From Alphaproteobacteria bacterium (GTDB taxonomy: Bacteria; Pseudomonadota; Alphaproteobacteria; UBA828), in assembly GCA_965243315.1 (NCBI GenBank), contig CBDEUP010000007.1, positions 2,343,500 to 2,407,499 of the forward strand: 64,000 nucleotides of DNA, written 5' to 3'. Of the stretch, positions 61,801 through 64,000 are shown in pieces (the first letter of the stretch is position 1; the number at the start of each line of letters is the position of its first letter). Under the pieces are notes generated by a model. It searched no databases. It had not been told where the DNA came from and saw only the letters and a list, made by a program, of their open reading frames with translations. The position numbers and the translations under genes are program-made.

Positions 61801-64000
61801 CCGACGGGGCCACCGCCCCGCCGCTGGCGCCGATATCGACCGTCACCGCGAGGTCCGCGGCCGGCGCGGGCGCGGCGCTCAGCGTGAACGTCGCAGCACC
61901 GCCCTCCGTCACCGCGCCGCCGGCAGAGACCGACACGTCGGGGGCGGGCTCGTCGTCGTCGCGCACCGCCACTTCCGCTTCACCGTCGCTGCCGTGCGGC
62001 GCGTAGCCAGCGCCGGCCGCCACCGTCGCGGTCACCGAGCCGTCCGGCTCGTCCGCCGCATCGTCCACTGTTGCCACGGTGAACGTCGCGCTGCCGCTCA
62101 CCGGAACCGTCACCGTCCGCGCGCCCGTCGAGACCCCGAACGCGCCCGACGCCGCCACCGTCACGCCGACCTCAAGCGGCGCCGAAGGCGCCGGGCTCGC
62201 GCTCAGCGTGAAGCTCGCAGCGCCGCCCTCCGTCACCGCCGCGCCCGCCGCGATGCTCACCAACGGCTCCGCCGGCGGCGGGTCGTCATCGTCGGCGAGC
62301 GCCACCGACGCCCATCTGTCGCTGTCGTGGGGCGCGTAGCCGGCGCCGGACCGCACGACCGCAGCGATGATGCCGTTCGCCTCGTCGGCGCCGTCGTTCA
62401 CCGTCGGGACCGCGAGGCTGCCCGTGCCGTCCGTCCCGACGGTCACCGTGCGCACCCCGGTCTGCCCGTCGGTCGCGAAGTCGCCGCTGTCGCCCACCTC
62501 GACGGCCACCGAGAGGGCTGTCGACGGCGCCGGGCTCGCGCTCAGCGTGAAGGTCGCCGTGCCGCCTTCCGTCACCGCCGGTCCGCCCGCAATGCTCACC
62601 ACCGGCACGGCCGGCGGCGGCGCCTCAAGGCACTCCAGCGCCGCCGCGAAGCGCCGCCAGCCGCGCTGGCGCGCCGAGGCCGACGTCATCGGCGAGATCG
62701 TGCGCCCGTCCGCCGTCCACTGATCCGGGGTTCGCGCGCCGAACGCCACCAGCACGCTGAACCAGTTCTCCGCATAATCCGGCGGCCGCCACCGGTTCCG
62801 CTTGTAGAGCCGCACCGCCGTCGACTTCAACTCGTCCGACACGCAGGCCGAGGCCGCAGACGACGGGAGCGCCGGGTCGTTGCCGGACACCGTCACGATC
62901 ACGTCCGGCACGGTCACCGCGCCATAGTCCGACGTGCCGGCAACCACCGTATGGGAGACGGTCGCGGTGCGCGCACCGCCCGCATTCTCGTCATCCACCG
63001 CCGTCACCGTCACGGTCCGCGGCTTGTCCCAGTTTACCGGGTTGAAGGTAAGGCGCGCCGGCGAGACCGTCGCCACGGCGGGGTCGCCGCTCGACAGCTC
63101 GAGCGCCACGATGTGGGTCGGCTGGCTCGTCAGCGACACCTCGTAGGAGCCCGCGCCGTCCGGCGCCGCCAGGGCGAGCGACGCGGGCGTCACCTCGATG
63201 CCGCGCGTGTCGTCGTCCTCGATCGTGCCGGCGACCTCCAGCACCCACCGCGTCCCCGAAAGCGTGCCCTCCGCGAACGTGACCTCTTTGGAGTCGGCCG
63301 AGAGCCGCACCACGATCGTCTCGTCCTCCTCGTCCCGGGCGTCGCTAAGGACGCCCAAATGCACAACCTTGTAGGTCTCGCCCGGCGCGAAGTGCACGCG
63401 CGACCGCCCGGTCACATAGTCCTCGCAGTATCCGTAACACGTGTGGACGTTGCTGGCCGTGCCCGTCATGGTGTCGGCGACATCCACGTCCACATCGAGG
63501 CCGCTGGCGGGCGTCAGCGTGAGGGCGAACGGCATATACCTCCCGTAGCCGAGCGGCGGCTCCACCACCGAAGACGTCTCCACCGACAGCACCGGCGGCC
63601 CGTCGTCGCTCGAAATCAGCACGACCGCCAAATTGCCCGGCGCCGGCGCAAGCGCGTTCACCGGATCGGTGAGCGTGACGAAAATGGTCTCCAGGGTTTC
63701 GTGCCGGGGGTCGTCCTTCACCTTGAACACCAGGTCCGCGCTGGTCGAGCCCGGCGGAATGGTCACCGACGTCGACTGCGGCGCCTCGTAGTCCTCCCCG
63801 GCCGCCGCCTTGCCGCTCAACGCGAACTCGAACGTGACCGGCTTGTCGCTCTTCGCGCTCAGCTGCACGGTCAGCACCGCATCCGTCGTCGCGCCCGGAT
63901 TGTCACCCTCGGCGACATCGACCCGCCGCTCGGCAAAGGAAAGCCGCGGCAGGCCGTCGTTGTCCGCGATGCTCACCACCTGCGCGGCCGCCGGCGCCGC
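58856..64000 (-). CDS. giant Calx-beta-repeat autotransporter (5' end outside the window)
   Basis: The reading frame is open from 64000 down to the TAG at 58856-58858. The C-terminal approximately 540 aa look like an autotransporter linker plus beta-barrel (...AWLTRFGRTVAEQ...LAFWGRAAQGSFDG...MLGADYARGNWLAGLAL... ending ...GIEVRAKW). Upstream are repeated approximately 110-aa Calx-beta-type modules (...AAGEDYEA...VKDDPRHETLETIFVTL...; ...YGRDYFDL...IFDDSHDEGSETFELVL...). Confidence 0.85.
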   Translation of the reverse strand, partial: AAPAAAQVVSIADNDGLPRLSFAERRVDVAEGDNPGATTDAVLTVQLSAKSDKPVTFEFALSGKAAAGEDYEAPQSTSVTIPPGSTSADLVFKVKDDPRHETLETIFVTLTDPVNALAPAPGNLAVVLISSDDGPPVLSVETSSVVEPPLGYGRYMPFALTLTPASGLDVDVDVADTMTGTASNVHTCYGYCEDYVTGRSRVHFAPGETYKVVHLGVLSDARDEEDETIVVRLSADSKEVTFAEGTLSGTRWVLEVAGTIEDDDTRGIEVTPASLALAAPDGAGSYEVSLTSQPTHIVALELSSGDPAVATVSPARLTFNPVNWDKPRTVTVTAVDDENAGGARTATVSHTVVAGTSDYGAVTVPDVIVTVSGNDPALPSSAASACVSDELKSTAVRLYKRNRWRPPDYAENWFSVLVAFGARTPDQWTADGRTISPMTSASARQRGWRRFAAALECLEAPPPAVPVVSIAGGPAVTEGGTATFTLSASPAPSTALSVAVEVGDSGDFATDGQTGVRTVTVGTDGTGSLAVPTVNDGADEANGIIAAVVRSGAGYAPHDSDRWASVALADDDDPPPAEPLVSIAAGAAVTEGGAASFTLSASPAPSAPLEVGVTVAASGAFGVSTGARTVTVPVSGSATFTVATVDDAADEPDGSVTATVAAGAGYAPHGSDGEAEVAVRDDDEPAPDVSVSAGGAVTEGGAATFTLSAAPAPAADLAVTVDIGASGGAVAPSALGERTVTLPGGTGSKTFTVATVDDDADGPGGAVTATVVAKDGYTPGDAASATVAVADDDATGVTLSAPSGDLPEATGSKTLTVALGRALVEGERLSVPLLFGGAATLGNDYTLSAPAPSPQGVAYADLAGPGAPTLTFTGPSAASATLTLTAAADSAAEGSGETVTVGLGTLAATGLGGGASGSGAVSFAILEPPPEVAIAAKMASITEGADAAFTVTASRAAQADLTIRLAVSEANGSDFVAAGNEGAATVTIPKGETQAAFTVATVDDTADEPDGSVTATLVGNGTAYTVAASPSDAASVAVADNDAASAVPALSVDDATAQEKERMMRFTVRLSKAAGKVVWVGYRTRESTPVSARYGRDYFDLGSSVRFGPKETEQEVLVYIFDDSHDEGSETFELVLQNQTAGVTVADGVAVGTIVNSDPMPAAWLTRFGRTVAEQALDGIAGRMAAPRTPGAHGTVAGQAISLNPGSGSFGSGSGAGEAGSGGPGGPANGIAAMDNPSRSGLWAQSSIARAFGAGHDGFAGHSGRFGAGGLGTAHGFGSSSGQSRTMTVQEALLGSSFTATGETDSSGGSLAFWGRAAQGSFDGREGAFSLDGDATTAMLGADYARGNWLAGLALMQSAGEGGYADTDPRPHAASRALAQFCKDAEDTDPARQRACDGAVREGNGKVEASLTAAVPYAALQASERLKLWGALGYGTGDVTLKPQMGGSYRADIDWTMAALGLRGDVIAPPTEGSGPALAVTSDALWARTSSDKTRDLAASESDVTRLRLGLEGSWRVALEEGGHLTPKLEVGARHDGGDAETGFGVELGGGIAWVDPRLGLSLDLSGRTLIAHGNDDLEDQGFAASLAWDPDPASGRGPSLTLTQGWGGQSQGGLDALFAPDPLEDRTGNGEATSRWAMEAAWGLPVLGGRFTGSPHAGLGLSDTARDYTLGWRLAPAADANAPGLSFGVKAVRSENDMAEPEHAVGIEVRAKW
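60527..62605 (-). repeat. intragenic tandem array of six approximately 330-bp modules (Calx-beta/Ig-like repeats)
   Basis: Protein modules start PVVSIAGGPAVTEGG / PLVSIAAGAAVTEGG / VSVSAGGAVTEGG / VTLSAPSGDLPEATG / VAIAAKMASITEGAD / LSVDDATAQEKE. Each ends in a D-rich boundary (ADDDD, RDDDE, ADDD, ADND, VNSD). The first three (61621-62605) are also visibly similar at the DNA level. Confidence 0.8.

Overview
High-GC window (about two-thirds G+C by eye, not computed) with alphaproteobacterial-type gene content. All family calls come from reading the ORF-track translations and recalling family motifs. No database search was run.

Layout:
(1) 0.3-16.0 kb: an uninterrupted str/S10/spc ribosomal super-operon on the + strand, 27 genes from rpsL-rpsG-fusA-tuf-rpsJ through rplO-secY-adk.
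(2) 16.06-24.23 kb: a tightly packed, co-directional nine-gene accessory cluster that directly follows adk. It encodes a class II aldolase-like protein, a small ORF plus a 797-aa N,N-dimethylformamidase-large-subunit-like protein, a Co-type nitrile hydratase alpha subunit, a beta subunit split into two coupled ORFs, an NHase activator-like protein, a family III CoA-transferase and a carboxyltransferase. This is my best candidate for an undescribed system.
(3) 24.2-30.3 kb: a TTC38-like TPR protein, two MFS transporters, a cupin, a SnoaL-like protein and an EamA exporter.
(4) 30.5 kb: hsp20 with a ROSE-like RNA-thermometer hairpin and a clean terminator.
(5) 31.2-41.6 kb: two tail-to-tail branched-chain-amino-acid-type (HAAT family) ABC transporter operons.
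(6) 41.9-49.2 kb: uvrC-pgsA-mobB-moeA-moaD-moaE, a GT9 glycosyltransferase and an O-antigen-ligase-like protein.
(7) 49.3-58.4 kb: ilvE, MarR plus an OmpR-type regulator and histidine kinase, TetR, proC, a YbjN-like protein, a CMD-family protein, gpt, and a MoxR/VWA (CoxD/CoxE-like) pair.
(8) 58.86 kb to the window edge: the 3' 5.1 kb of a giant Calx-beta-repeat autotransporter on the - strand, truncated by the window.

Two convergent intergenic regions (36.37 kb and 58.5 kb) carry arrays of a 10-bp-phased GGGAT/ATCCC repeat in mutually inverted orientation. I cannot assign these to any known element. I recognised no tRNA, rRNA, CRISPR, transposase or integrase.
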